Of a stretch of 64,000 nt of DNA, positions 13,728 through 23,591 are shown one piece after another. Within the stretch, counting starts at the first letter, position 1. Each line of letters begins with the position of its first letter. The translations under genes were made by a program, and so were the position numbers. Below the pieces are notes generated by a model. That model made no database searches. It worked only from the letters and a program-made list of their open reading frames with translations, and was not told where the DNA came from. This stretch comes from Sulfurospirillum sp. (GTDB taxonomy: Bacteria > Campylobacterota > Campylobacteria > Campylobacterales > Sulfurospirillaceae): the NCBI GenBank assembly GCA_045047115.1, contig JASFYR010000005.1, positions 32,001 through 96,000 on the forward strand. Direction: 5' to 3'.

Positions 13728-13921
13728 GTAAAGAGATAAGTTTTGAAGATAAGCTAAAAAGTGCAAAAGAGATTTTAGAAAAGCTAAGTGACCCCAGTAT
13801 CACTCTTAAAGACGGGATGAAAGAGTACAAGAAAGGCATATCTATACTAAATGAAGCAACGAAGATGATAGAAGATGCCAAGTTGGAATATGAAAAACTC
13901 CAACCAAATGAAAATATATAA
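13724..13921 (+). CDS. xseB: Exodeoxyribonuclease VII small subunit
   Basis: SFEDKL...ILEKL...ITLKDGMKEYKKG pattern; 65 aa. Confidence 0.82.
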   Translation: MSKEISFEDKLKSAKEILEKLSDPSITLKDGMKEYKKGISILNEATKMIEDAKLEYEKLQPNENI

Positions 13922-14030
13922 TGAAATTACACAAAATTTTAAATAGTAACTTCTCTGCGCCAGCAGTAGCTTTAGTCGCGAGGAATTTTTGCGGAATTCA
14001 CTTCCGTAAAAAGGGGACAATAATATGAAA
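13921..14030 (+). repeat. Dispersed structured intergenic element, copy A, bounded by ATGAAA direct repeats
   Basis: Shares ATGAAATTACA, GCTTYAGTCGCGAGGAATTT and AAAGGGGACAATAA with the copies at 57236-57402; 27-nt hairpin at 13986-14012. Confidence 0.85.
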
Positions 14031-14819
14031 CTCGCTGCTTTACAGCTTTCTACTCTACCTATGAGTGAAGCAAAGTTGGATTATTACTTTAGGATTTGCG
14101 AAAACAAGGGTGTTGAGCTTATATTGCTTAGTGAGTATGCGCTGAACAGTTTTTTTAAAGAGCTTGAAGATATGCCGGTTCTTATGATAAAAGAGCAGAC
14201 AAACCACAAGATAAGAGTTTTAAAAGAGTTGTGCAAAAGATACAATCTTACAGTTGTTGCGCCGATAATCTTGATAAAAAACAGAAAAATGCTAAAATCA
14301 GTAGCAAAGTTTACTCCTAAAAGCGTACACTACTACAATCAACAATTTTTGATAAATTTCAAACACTGGAACGAAGAGAGATTTTTTGATAACCCAATGC
14401 AGAGATATACTCCTCAGATATTTGTGTTAAATAGGATAAAATTTGGAATTATCAGTGGTTTTGAAGCTCATTTTGATGTTGCTTGGTTAGAAGCAATGCG
14501 TAAAAATGTAGATGTTGTTCTGATGCCATCATCTTCTACATTTGAATCATCTCTAAGGTGGCAAGAGTTGCTGAAAACCAGAGCTTTTTTAAACTCTATG
14601 TATATATTAAGAGCCAATAGAGTTGGCACATATACCCAAAAAGATATATCGTGGAAGTTTTATGGACACAGTAAACTTGTAAATCCTTATGGCGATATTG
14701 AGCTTTCTTTAGGACAAAAAGAGGAGATACTTTTGTGTGATATAGACAAAGACGAGGTAAATGGAGCTAAAAAGTTATGGGGATGGAGAAGAGATTTGAG
14801 TAAAAGAGGCATGTTGTGA
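14025..14819 (+). CDS. Carbon-nitrogen hydrolase (nitrilase-superfamily) protein with degenerate active site
   Basis: MKLAALQ start, LLSEYALN, LRANRVG, FYGHSKLVNPYG. Confidence 0.85.
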   Translation: MKLAALQLSTLPMSEAKLDYYFRICENKGVELILLSEYALNSFFKELEDMPVLMIKEQTNHKIRVLKELCKRYNLTVVAPIILIKNRKMLKSVAKFTPKSVHYYNQQFLINFKHWNEERFFDNPMQRYTPQIFVLNRIKFGIISGFEAHFDVAWLEAMRKNVDVVLMPSSSTFESSLRWQELLKTRAFLNSMYILRANRVGTYTQKDISWKFYGHSKLVNPYGDIELSLGQKEEILLCDIDKDEVNGAKKLWGWRRDLSKRGML

Positions 14820-15946
14820 AATTTGACCTGTATCCTTTTGAAAAATTAACCCGACTGTTAGATGGCATAGAGCCGTCAACAGATTATAAACCAGCAGTAC
14901 TGACTATAGGAGAGCCACAATTTGAAACTCCGGATTTTATACAGCTTGCGCTGAGAGATGGTAGTGATTTATTGAAAAAATACCCAAAAACAGCAGGTGA
15001 GACATATCTAAAAAAGGCTCAATTGGACTTTGTGAAAAAAAGATTTAAAGTTGAGTTGAAAGACAGTGAGCTTATATCCACATTTGGTACACGAGAAGTG
15101 CTTTTTAACTTTCCCCAGTTTTTGCTTTTTGACGAGAAAAATCCAGCCATTGCCTTTACAAGCCCTTTTTATCAGATATATAAAGGTGCGGCCCAGGTCA
15201 GCAAAGCAGATATTATCTATCTAAATTTGACAAAAGAAAATGGATTTAAGCCGGATATAAATGACAGCAGGCTCAAAAATGCAAATCTTGTGATTTTAAA
15301 CTTCCCAAACAATCCGACAGCTTCAGTTATGAGCAAAACAGAGTTGCAAGAGTGGGTGAAATTGGCTTTAGAGTACGGTTTTATACTCTTAAATGATGAA
15401 TGCTACAGTGAGATATATTGTGATACTCCTCAGCCATCACTGCTCGAAGCAAGTCTGGCAGTTGGGAATGATAGTTTTAAAAATATACTTGTTATCAACT
15501 CTATCTCCAAAAGAAGCAGTGCACCGGGACTCAGAAGTGGTTTTATAGCCGGCGATAAAGATATACTCAAAGAGTATCTAAAATACAGAACATATGTAGG
15601 TGTTGCGGTTCCTTTGCCTTTGCAAAAAGCAGCTGCTATTGCATGGAGTGATGAAGAGCATGTGGCAAAATCAAGAGAAATATACAGACAAAACCAAGAG
15701 CTCTCATGTGAGATTTTGGGTGTCAAAAAGAGTGAAGCGACATTTTATGTGTGGCTTGAAGTTGATGATGATTTGGAGTTTACGAAGAGTCTTTACAGAG
15801 AAAAAAATGTCAAAGTTTTGCCGGGAAGTTTTTTGGGATATGAGGGAACAAGAAGTGCTTATGTTCGTATAGCACTGGTTGAAAACAGTGAAAAGACCAA
15901 AGAGATATTGACCAGAATAAAAGATTTTATAAAAGGTACAAAATGA
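14816..15946 (+). CDS. dapC: Succinyldiaminopimelate transaminase (class I/II PLP aminotransferase)
   Basis: LTIGEPQ, GTREVLF, NFPNNPT, DECYSEIY, SISKRSSAPGLRSGF. Confidence 0.88.
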   Translation: MKFDLYPFEKLTRLLDGIEPSTDYKPAVLTIGEPQFETPDFIQLALRDGSDLLKKYPKTAGETYLKKAQLDFVKKRFKVELKDSELISTFGTREVLFNFPQFLLFDEKNPAIAFTSPFYQIYKGAAQVSKADIIYLNLTKENGFKPDINDSRLKNANLVILNFPNNPTASVMSKTELQEWVKLALEYGFILLNDECYSEIYCDTPQPSLLEASLAVGNDSFKNILVINSISKRSSAPGLRSGFIAGDKDILKEYLKYRTYVGVAVPLPLQKAAAIAWSDEEHVAKSREIYRQNQELSCEILGVKKSEATFYVWLEVDDDLEFTKSLYREKNVKVLPGSFLGYEGTRSAYVRIALVENSEKTKEILTRIKDFIKGTK

Positions 15947-17250
15947 AATATATCCACTTTGTCGGGGTTGGTGGTATCGGACTATCGGCACTTGCTAGAT
16001 ATTTGAAAAAAGAGGGTTTCTGTGTCAGCGGCTCAGATATAAAAGAGACAAAAATCACACAAAAATTAAGAGGTGAAGGCATAGAAGTATCTGTTCCTCA
16101 CGATAAAAAAAATATCAAAAAACAAGATTTAGTTATATACACTGCAGTTGCAAAAGATGACAATGTGGAGCTGGTAGAGGCAAGAAAAAGGGGTATATTG
16201 ACACTCTCACGCAAAGATGCACTGCCTTTGATACTAAAGGAGCGAAGAGTATTTGCTACATGTGGGGCTCATGGGAAAAGCACTACAAGTGCAATGCTGG
16301 CTTCTATGGTTGAGGGTACGGTCATCATAGGAGCTGAAAGTAAACAATTTGATACAAATATGTACTATATGACAAGTAACAATATTATCTTTGAGGCAGA
16401 CGAGAGTGATGAGAGTTTTTTAAACTCAAATCCATTTGTAGCAGTTGTTACAAATGCAGAACCGGAACATATGGAGCATTATAATTACGATCTGAAGAGA
16501 TTTTATGGTGCATATGAGCAGTTTTTAAGAAGCGCAACCATAAGAGTTATAAACGCAGAAGATAAGTTTCTCTCAACTCTGGATGATATGGATGCAATCA
16601 GACTTTACCCAAGCACGGATCTCAAAGATATAAAAACAATCATAAGAAACGATGAGCCTTTTACCTCTTTTGTCTTGAAAGATTTAGGCAGGTTTGAAGT
16701 ATGGGGCATAGGAGAACATATAGCCATTGATGCTTCATTGGCGATTTTAGCTAGTCTTTGCGAGATGGATTTGGAGAGTGCAAGAGAAAAATTGAAAAAC
16801 TACAGAGGTATCAAGAAGAGATTTGATATACTCCAAAAAAGTGAAAACTTCACTCTTATAGATGATTATGGTCATCACCCAACAGAGATAAAAGCCACTA
16901 TGAATTCGGCTAAAAAATATGCAAAGATGATGGGATTGGATGAGATTACAGCTATATGGCAACCTCACAAATACACCAGAACCCATGATAATTTAAAGGG
17001 TTTTGTGGAGTGTTTTGCCGGTGTGGACAGGTTGATTATACTCCCTGTTTGGAGTGCAGGAGAGCAGAAAATTGAGATAGATTTTGAAAATGAGTTCAAA
17101 AGATATAGTCCGATATTTGCGCATAGTCTGGAAAAAAACAGACAATCCATAAATCTACTTACAAATGATAAGATCCTGAAAAATATAGACAAAGGGTTGA
17201 TTATCGGTTTTGGTGCCGGCGATATCACATACCAGTTAAGAGGAGCGTAG
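15943..17250 (+). CDS. murC: UDP-N-acetylmuramate--L-alanine ligase
   Basis: HFVGVGGIGLS, GAHGKSTT, FEADESD, DDYGHHPTEI, QPHKYTRT. Confidence 0.97.
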   Translation: MKYIHFVGVGGIGLSALARYLKKEGFCVSGSDIKETKITQKLRGEGIEVSVPHDKKNIKKQDLVIYTAVAKDDNVELVEARKRGILTLSRKDALPLILKERRVFATCGAHGKSTTSAMLASMVEGTVIIGAESKQFDTNMYYMTSNNIIFEADESDESFLNSNPFVAVVTNAEPEHMEHYNYDLKRFYGAYEQFLRSATIRVINAEDKFLSTLDDMDAIRLYPSTDLKDIKTIIRNDEPFTSFVLKDLGRFEVWGIGEHIAIDASLAILASLCEMDLESAREKLKNYRGIKKRFDILQKSENFTLIDDYGHHPTEIKATMNSAKKYAKMMGLDEITAIWQPHKYTRTHDNLKGFVECFAGVDRLIILPVWSAGEQKIEIDFENEFKRYSPIFAHSLEKNRQSINLLTNDKILKNIDKGLIIGFGAGDITYQLRGA

Positions 17251-17589
17251 ATGCAAATAGTTCTTTTTCTACTTTTGCTTTTAGCTGTCTTGGTGATTAT
17301 TGTTTCTAAAAAAGAGTCTCTTTCGTCCAGAACAAAAATATATATTATTCTCTCTCTTACTTTAGTGATTATTATCAGTTGGCTCTATACTGTGAACAAT
17401 CAAAAAACTGCCCAAAATGACAGAGCGATTATCAACGCATATGAACAAGGCAAAACTCTTAATTGTGGAAACTATAAAGTCAATAGTAACGACTTTATCT
17501 TTGTAAGTGGCACTCTAAGCTTTATTGCAAAAGAGAGTGCAAAAAAGTTAAAAGGTGTTGTGATAGACATCTCTACATGTAGCAAATGA
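17251..17589 (+). CDS. Hypothetical membrane protein (two TM helices)
   Basis: Abuts murC and overlaps the mutS2 start; hydrophobic N-terminus. Confidence 0.75.
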   Translation: MQIVLFLLLLLAVLVIIVSKKESLSSRTKIYIILSLTLVIIISWLYTVNNQKTAQNDRAIINAYEQGKTLNCGNYKVNSNDFIFVSGTLSFIAKESAKKLKGVVIDISTCSK

Positions 17590-19784
17590 ATAGACTCCTT
17601 TCTAAACTGGATTTAATAGATTTTGCTAACTCTTTTGAGGCTTTTTTGGCGAGGAGTAAACCTCTTTTTATGCAGGGTGACTCAAAGATACATCACTCTT
17701 TTATAAAAGAGCTTCTCCAAACTCAAGGTATAAAATCGCCTCTTGAAGTGGAAAATCTTGATACTCAACTTGCTCATCTTGGCAAAAGCGGTATTTTAAA
17801 GATTTATGAAATTTACTCTTTTGTAAAAATTATAGACTATTTTATCTATCTCAAAAAAACTCTTCTTGAAGGAAGACTTTGCGAATGGATGCAGAAAATC
17901 GAGATACCAAATGAGATATTGGAAGTGTGTAGTTATTTTGATGGAAAAGGTGAACTTAAAAGTAGTATAGATGAGAGTTTTTCAAATATAGAGTATGCAC
18001 TAAAAAAAATAAAAGAGGAGGCAAATACGACACTAAGACGCCTCATGTCAAATTCAAAACTTTCAAATTATTTAGTTGACAGACAGGTTCACTATATAAA
18101 CAACCAAGAGACTCTTTTGCTAAGAGGCGGATTTAACCATGTCATAAAAGGCAGTGTAGTCGGACGAAGCAGTGGAGGATTTTTCTATATTTTTCCAGAT
18201 ACTCTGTCCTCCTTGAAATCCAAAGAGAGTGGACTTATTGATAGAAAAGAGGAGTTGATATATAAATACGCAAAAGAGATTTCAAATCTTTTTTCTAAAT
18301 ATGTAAAATTTTTATCCTTTATCAATAGAGAATTTGATAAATTTGATGCCTACCATGCAAGAGTAGCGTTTGCTAGAAGTAGAGATTTGGACTTTGTTCT
18401 TGCAAACAGTGGCCACGAGATAAAACTTAGCAGATTTTCTCATCCGGCATTGAGTGACCCAAAGCCTATAAGTGTTGATTTTACAAAACATGTTTTGATG
18501 ATCACAGGCGTAAATGCCGGTGGTAAAACTATATTTTTAAAATCCCTGTTGAGTGCAGCATTTTTAGCTAAGTATCTGTTGCCCATGAAGATAGATAGTA
18601 AGCATTCAAAAATAGGTTCTTTTAGGGAGATTGTAGCGGTTCTTGATGATCCTCAGAGTGTAAAAAATGATATATCTACATTTGCAGGCAGGATGAGCGA
18701 GTTTAGCAGACTTTTTTCAAAAAAAAGAGCGTTGGTCGGCATAGATGAGATAGAGCTTGGAACAGATGCAGATGAGGCGGCTAGTCTCTTTAAAGTAATA
18801 ATCGAAAAGTTAATTCAAAAAGATATAAAGATTGTAATCACAACTCACCACAAAAGACTCGCTTCACTACTGGCTACAAACGATAGTGTCCAGCTTCTAG
18901 CAGCTATATATGATGAGAAAAATCAAAAACCTACATATGAATTTTTAAATGGAACAATTGGTAAGAGTTATGCTTTTGAGACAGCTCTTAGGTATAGGAT
19001 TCCAGCTCCTATTATCCAAGAGGCGAGAGAAGTTTATGGTGAGGATAAAGAGAAACTAAATGACTTAATTCAAAAAAATATAGATTTAGAGTTGGAGATG
19101 AAAAAGCAATCCTTGCTACTTAAAGAGAAGCTTCAAGAAGCAAAGAGAGCAAAAGAGGCACTCAAAGATGAAAAAGAGAGAAATAAAAGAGAGTTTGAGC
19201 ACTCGACTTTAAAGATGCAAAAGAGTTTTAATGAAGCGATAAAACAAGCTAAGGTTGCGATAAAAGCAAAAGATGTGCAGGAGGGACACAGAGCACTAAA
19301 CAGGGCAAATGAGTTTAAGCAAAAAGCAAAAAAAGTACAAGTGATCCAAACAAATGAAAAATTAAATGTCGGTGATTATGTAAAATATGGAAATTCCAAG
19401 GGCTTAATAAGAAGCATAAAAAAAGAGATGGCTTCGATAGATTGTAGTGGCATAACCCTGAGGGTTCCATTAAATACTCTGAAAAAGAGTGGCAATCCGC
19501 CTAAAAAAACAAAGAAGATAGTTATCTCAAAACCGAGTAGCACAAGCTCTGTGACACTTGACTTACATGGTTTAAGGGCAGATGAAGCGATAGAAAAACT
19601 AGATAAGTTTCTCTCAGATGCCCTTATAAACGGCTATGATGAGGTGTTAGTATATCATGGGATAGGCACAGGGAAACTGGCATATGCTGTCAAAACTTTT
19701 CTCTCGACCTATCCGAGCCTGGTATCTTACTGCGATGCACCGATAAATATGGGAGGTTATGGAGCAACTTTGATTAGATTATGA
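17586..19784 (+). CDS. mutS2: Endonuclease MutS2
   Basis: TGVNAGGKT, ISTFAGRM, IDEIELGTD, C-terminal Smr domain LDLHG...HGIGTG. Confidence 0.95.
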   Translation: MNRLLSKLDLIDFANSFEAFLARSKPLFMQGDSKIHHSFIKELLQTQGIKSPLEVENLDTQLAHLGKSGILKIYEIYSFVKIIDYFIYLKKTLLEGRLCEWMQKIEIPNEILEVCSYFDGKGELKSSIDESFSNIEYALKKIKEEANTTLRRLMSNSKLSNYLVDRQVHYINNQETLLLRGGFNHVIKGSVVGRSSGGFFYIFPDTLSSLKSKESGLIDRKEELIYKYAKEISNLFSKYVKFLSFINREFDKFDAYHARVAFARSRDLDFVLANSGHEIKLSRFSHPALSDPKPISVDFTKHVLMITGVNAGGKTIFLKSLLSAAFLAKYLLPMKIDSKHSKIGSFREIVAVLDDPQSVKNDISTFAGRMSEFSRLFSKKRALVGIDEIELGTDADEAASLFKVIIEKLIQKDIKIVITTHHKRLASLLATNDSVQLLAAIYDEKNQKPTYEFLNGTIGKSYAFETALRYRIPAPIIQEAREVYGEDKEKLNDLIQKNIDLELEMKKQSLLLKEKLQEAKRAKEALKDEKERNKREFEHSTLKMQKSFNEAIKQAKVAIKAKDVQEGHRALNRANEFKQKAKKVQVIQTNEKLNVGDYVKYGNSKGLIRSIKKEMASIDCSGITLRVPLNTLKKSGNPPKKTKKIVISKPSSTSSVTLDLHGLRADEAIEKLDKFLSDALINGYDEVLVYHGIGTGKLAYAVKTFLSTYPSLVSYCDAPINMGGYGATLIRL

Positions 19785-19842
19785 TTAGTTTAATATAATT
19801 AATAATATAATAGTGAATAACCGATAAAATATTGGAAGTTTT

Positions 19843-21357
19843 ATGAAAAAAATAGAAAAAGAATTAAATCAGCTTTTGGTTGTTATGCTTGTTTCTACAT
19901 TTATTTTTTTTATGGTGGTTTTATTTAATCGGGATATTTGTTATTTTCTTCGCATTAGAGAGTCAGATTTTGGTTTTTTATTGGCTCTTGTAACCATACT
20001 TTTTCTATTTTTTGCATATTTTAAGATACAAATCAGTTCAAAAAAATTTCAACAAGAGTTCAATAGAGTTGTCTCGGCCAAAGAAAAAGAGTTGATGCTA
20101 ACAAATGAAGAACTAAGCAAAACAAATCAATATCTAAAGCACTTACTATATGAAGATTCTTTGACAAATCTACTAAACAGACAGGCTCTAGAGAGAGATA
20201 TATCTTCGATGAATCACCCTAAGTTAATCATTCTTGATATCGACTCTTTTAAAGAGATAAACGAATATTACGGCAGCCATGTGGGTGATTTGGTTTTGCA
20301 TAGTGTTGCCCAGTGGCTAAGGGACCTTGCCGAAAAAGAGAATTTGCACATCTATAGAATTGGAGCAGATGAATTTGCTCTGCTTGAGGATGAAGACTTG
20401 GATGTGGATAAGTATGAAGAGTTAGCAATAGACTTGATAGATACTTTTAAAAATAAAAATATCGAATTAGTTGAAACAGGTGATATGGTTGAGATAAATG
20501 TTACCTTGGGATTTTGCTTTGATTCGGACAATACTTTGGAAAAAGCGGGTATGGCACTCGAAGAAGCTAAACAAAAACAGATAAATTTTTTATGTTATTT
20601 TAAAAAAATAGACAGCAAAAATAATTATTTAGAACAGATAAAATGGTCAAAATTCATAAACAGTGCATTAAAAGACAGTAGAGTCATACCATACTATCAA
20701 CCCATATTTAATATAGACAAAGAAGTTATTAAGCATGAGTGTTTAGTGAGAATCTTAGATGAAAATGAAGAGGTTTTTCCGCCCGGTCTTTTTTTAGATA
20801 TTGCAAAAAAAGTCAAAAGATACTCCGCTATAGAGAAACTGCTCATAGAAAAAAGTTTTCAAATGATCCAAGGAAGTGATGAGATTATATCTGTTAATTT
20901 GCTTGCAAGAGATATGAGCGACAGTAATGTTAGTAATTTTGTTATTTCTATGTTGAAAAAATATGATGTTTCAAAGCAGATAATATTTGAAATACTTGAA
21001 AATGAAAATATTAAGAACCTTGAGAGAGTTTCGTCTTTTATCGAAAGAGTCAGAAGAATGGGCTGTAAAATAGCAATTGATGATTTTGGTACAGGCTATA
21101 GCAATTTTTCATATTTGACTCAATTGAAACCAGATTACATTAAGATAGACGGGTTGTTAATCAAAAAATTGGAAAGTGATAAAAATGCTTATGCAATTGT
21201 TGATTCAATCATAGCATTTGCAAAAAAATTAGGTATAAAAACCATAGCAGAATTTGTCTATAATGAAGAGACTTTTGAGATATGTAAAAATCTTGGAATT
21301 GATGAATTTCAAGGTTTTTATCTAGGCGAACCTTCCGCAAAACTACTAAAGAGATAA
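19843..21357 (+). CDS. Membrane-anchored GGDEF/EAL c-di-GMP protein
   Basis: Two TM helices; DSLTNLLNR, RIGADEF; YQPI, ECLVR, DDFGTGYS, KIDG, AEFV, QGF. Confidence 0.92.
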   Translation: MKKIEKELNQLLVVMLVSTFIFFMVVLFNRDICYFLRIRESDFGFLLALVTILFLFFAYFKIQISSKKFQQEFNRVVSAKEKELMLTNEELSKTNQYLKHLLYEDSLTNLLNRQALERDISSMNHPKLIILDIDSFKEINEYYGSHVGDLVLHSVAQWLRDLAEKENLHIYRIGADEFALLEDEDLDVDKYEELAIDLIDTFKNKNIELVETGDMVEINVTLGFCFDSDNTLEKAGMALEEAKQKQINFLCYFKKIDSKNNYLEQIKWSKFINSALKDSRVIPYYQPIFNIDKEVIKHECLVRILDENEEVFPPGLFLDIAKKVKRYSAIEKLLIEKSFQMIQGSDEIISVNLLARDMSDSNVSNFVISMLKKYDVSKQIIFEILENENIKNLERVSSFIERVRRMGCKIAIDDFGTGYSNFSYLTQLKPDYIKIDGLLIKKLESDKNAYAIVDSIIAFAKKLGIKTIAEFVYNEETFEICKNLGIDEFQGFYLGEPSAKLLKR

Positions 21358-21360
21358 TAC

Positions 21361-22455
21361 ATGAACACACAACAACTTTTTTTGAAGCTATTAAAATACA
21401 AATCCATAACTCCTGATGATGCAGGGTCTTTGGATTTTATACAGAATTACATGTCGGGTTTTTCTGCCCTCAGAATCGATAAAAACAGTACAAAAAACCT
21501 ATTATTGTATAAGAAGTTTGGTGATGGAGAGCATCTCTGTTTTGCCGGACATGTAGATGTGGTACCTCAAGGAGACGGTTGGAATAGTGAACCGTTTGAT
21601 CCGTTTTTGAAAGACGGCTATATCTATGCCAGAGGTGCACAAGATATGAAGAGTGGTGTTTGTGCCTTTTTGCAAGCCTGTAAGGATGCTAAAAATTTTA
21701 ATGGAACTATCAGTATTGTGCTTACAAGCGATGAAGAGGGGGATGCTCTTTTTGGTACGATTGAAGTTATAAAATATCTAAAAAAAGAGAACTTTTTGCC
21801 TGATTTTACTATTGTCGCAGAACCTACATGTGAAGAGGTTTTTGGGGATGCTATCAAGATAGGAAGACGAGGGTCTATCAACGGTACTTTGGAGGTTTTT
21901 GGGCTGCAAGGACATGCTGCGTATCCCGAAAAATCAACCAACCCTATAAATTTGATATCTCCTATACTTCCCAAATTGGCGGGTTATCATTTTGATCAAG
22001 GAGATGAAAATTTTGCTCCGAGTGAGTTGGTTATTACCGATATAAGAGCCGGCATGGAAGTGACAAATGTGACTCCGGGATATCTAAAACTAATGTTCAA
22101 TGTAAGAAATTCTACAAAAACAGATAAAAATGATATAGAAAAGTATATAAAGAGTCTATTTAAAGGTCTTGATTTTAAGCTTACACTTTTTCAAGGAGCC
22201 AGGCCATTTGTCACACAAAGGGATTCTAAAATTGTGAAAATACTTCAAGATGCCATAGGTTCAGTTTTGCATGTAGAGTCTAAATTGACAACGAGTGGTG
22301 GCACGAGTGATGCGAGACTTTTTGCAGAGTTTGGTGTAAAAACAGTAGAATTAGGTGTCATAAATGATAGAATTCATGCTCCAAATGAAAGATGTAAGCT
22401 TGAAGAAGTAGAAGATTTAAAGAAAATATTTGATAAAGTTATAGAAAAATTTTAA
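21361..22455 (+). CDS. dapE: Succinyl-diaminopimelate desuccinylase
   Basis: FAGHVDVVP, RGAQDMK, TSDEEG, GRRGS, QGHAAYP, GGTSDAR. Confidence 0.96.
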   Translation: MNTQQLFLKLLKYKSITPDDAGSLDFIQNYMSGFSALRIDKNSTKNLLLYKKFGDGEHLCFAGHVDVVPQGDGWNSEPFDPFLKDGYIYARGAQDMKSGVCAFLQACKDAKNFNGTISIVLTSDEEGDALFGTIEVIKYLKKENFLPDFTIVAEPTCEEVFGDAIKIGRRGSINGTLEVFGLQGHAAYPEKSTNPINLISPILPKLAGYHFDQGDENFAPSELVITDIRAGMEVTNVTPGYLKLMFNVRNSTKTDKNDIEKYIKSLFKGLDFKLTLFQGARPFVTQRDSKIVKILQDAIGSVLHVESKLTTSGGTSDARLFAEFGVKTVELGVINDRIHAPNERCKLEEVEDLKKIFDKVIEKF

Positions 22456-22464
22456 GGATTTAGT

Positions 22465-22839
22465 ATGGATTATATAGCAACAAAAGATGCACCATCGGCC
22501 ATAGGACCGTATTCGCAGGCGATTAGTTTTAAAGATATGATATTTACATCCGGACAGATAGGTTTGACCTCAGAGGGTTTGTTGGTTGAAGGTGGAGTGG
22601 AAGCTCAAACAAGACAGGTGCTTGCAAACTTGACTGAAGTGCTTAAAGAAGCAGGAAGTTCTTTGTCAAAGGTGGTAAAGACTACGATATTTTTAGCAGA
22701 CATGGATGATTTTGCAGTTGTTAATAAAATTTATGCAGAGTTTTTCGGCTCTCATAAACCGGCCCGCTCAACTGTAGCAGTAAAAACACTCCCTTTAAAT
22801 GTAAGCATAGAGATAGAAGCGATAGCTATAAAACAGTGA
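22465..22839 (+). CDS. ridA: RidA family reactive intermediate deaminase
   Basis: APSAIGPYSQA, SGQIG, KPARSTVAV, IEIEAIA. Confidence 0.93.
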   Translation: MDYIATKDAPSAIGPYSQAISFKDMIFTSGQIGLTSEGLLVEGGVEAQTRQVLANLTEVLKEAGSSLSKVVKTTIFLADMDDFAVVNKIYAEFFGSHKPARSTVAVKTLPLNVSIEIEAIAIKQ

Positions 22840-23513
22840 GAGCACTTGATCTGTATGCCAAAATAGAACCAATGATTGGCTTTTATGACGAGTATGAAGA
22901 GCTTTATGATAAATATCTTGATATTTTAGAAGCTCTGGATGCAAAGCGCATTTTGGATATCGGTTGTGGAAACGGTAAGTTTCTGCAAAAGTTAAAGGGG
23001 GCAGATTATAGTGCGCTTGGCATAGACAGAAGTGAAGAGATGGTAAAAATCGCCACCTCTTTGGGTGTAGATGCAAGAGTAAGTGAGCTCAAAGATTTGC
23101 AAGAAAAATTTGATTGTACTACAGCAATAGGCGATGTTCTAAACTATATGAGTAAAGCAGAGTTAAGCGATTTCTTTATTGATTTGAAAAACAGGTTAAG
23201 AAAGAACTCCTATTTTATAGCAGATATAAATACCCTGAGTGGTTTTATAGAGGTTGCTGAAGGTCTTTTGCTTAAAGAGACTAGCAATCAATTCCTGGCC
23301 ATAGAAGCTGATTTTAAAGATAGAGTGTTGAGTACAAAAATAACACTCTTTGAAAATGAGAAAAAATACTATAAGAAGTTTTCAGATACGATACTTCAAT
23401 ACTACCATCCTGCAGAACTCTTTAAAAATATAGATGGATTTGAACTTATAAGAAGTTTTGATATTTCTATGTTTGGAGAAAGAGATAAAACAATTTTGCT
23501 CTTTAAGATATAG
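22836..23513 (+). CDS. Class I SAM-dependent methyltransferase
   Basis: ILDIGCGNG, GIDRSEEM, GDVLNY. Confidence 0.88.
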   Translation: MRALDLYAKIEPMIGFYDEYEELYDKYLDILEALDAKRILDIGCGNGKFLQKLKGADYSALGIDRSEEMVKIATSLGVDARVSELKDLQEKFDCTTAIGDVLNYMSKAELSDFFIDLKNRLRKNSYFIADINTLSGFIEVAEGLLLKETSNQFLAIEADFKDRVLSTKITLFENEKKYYKKFSDTILQYYHPAELFKNIDGFELIRSFDISMFGERDKTILLFKI

Positions 23514-23591
23514 TTTTTTAAGCAAAAAATTGATACAATAATTAGGTATTCTTAGTAATAATAAAATTTAAGAAAAATTAAAGGATTTGCT

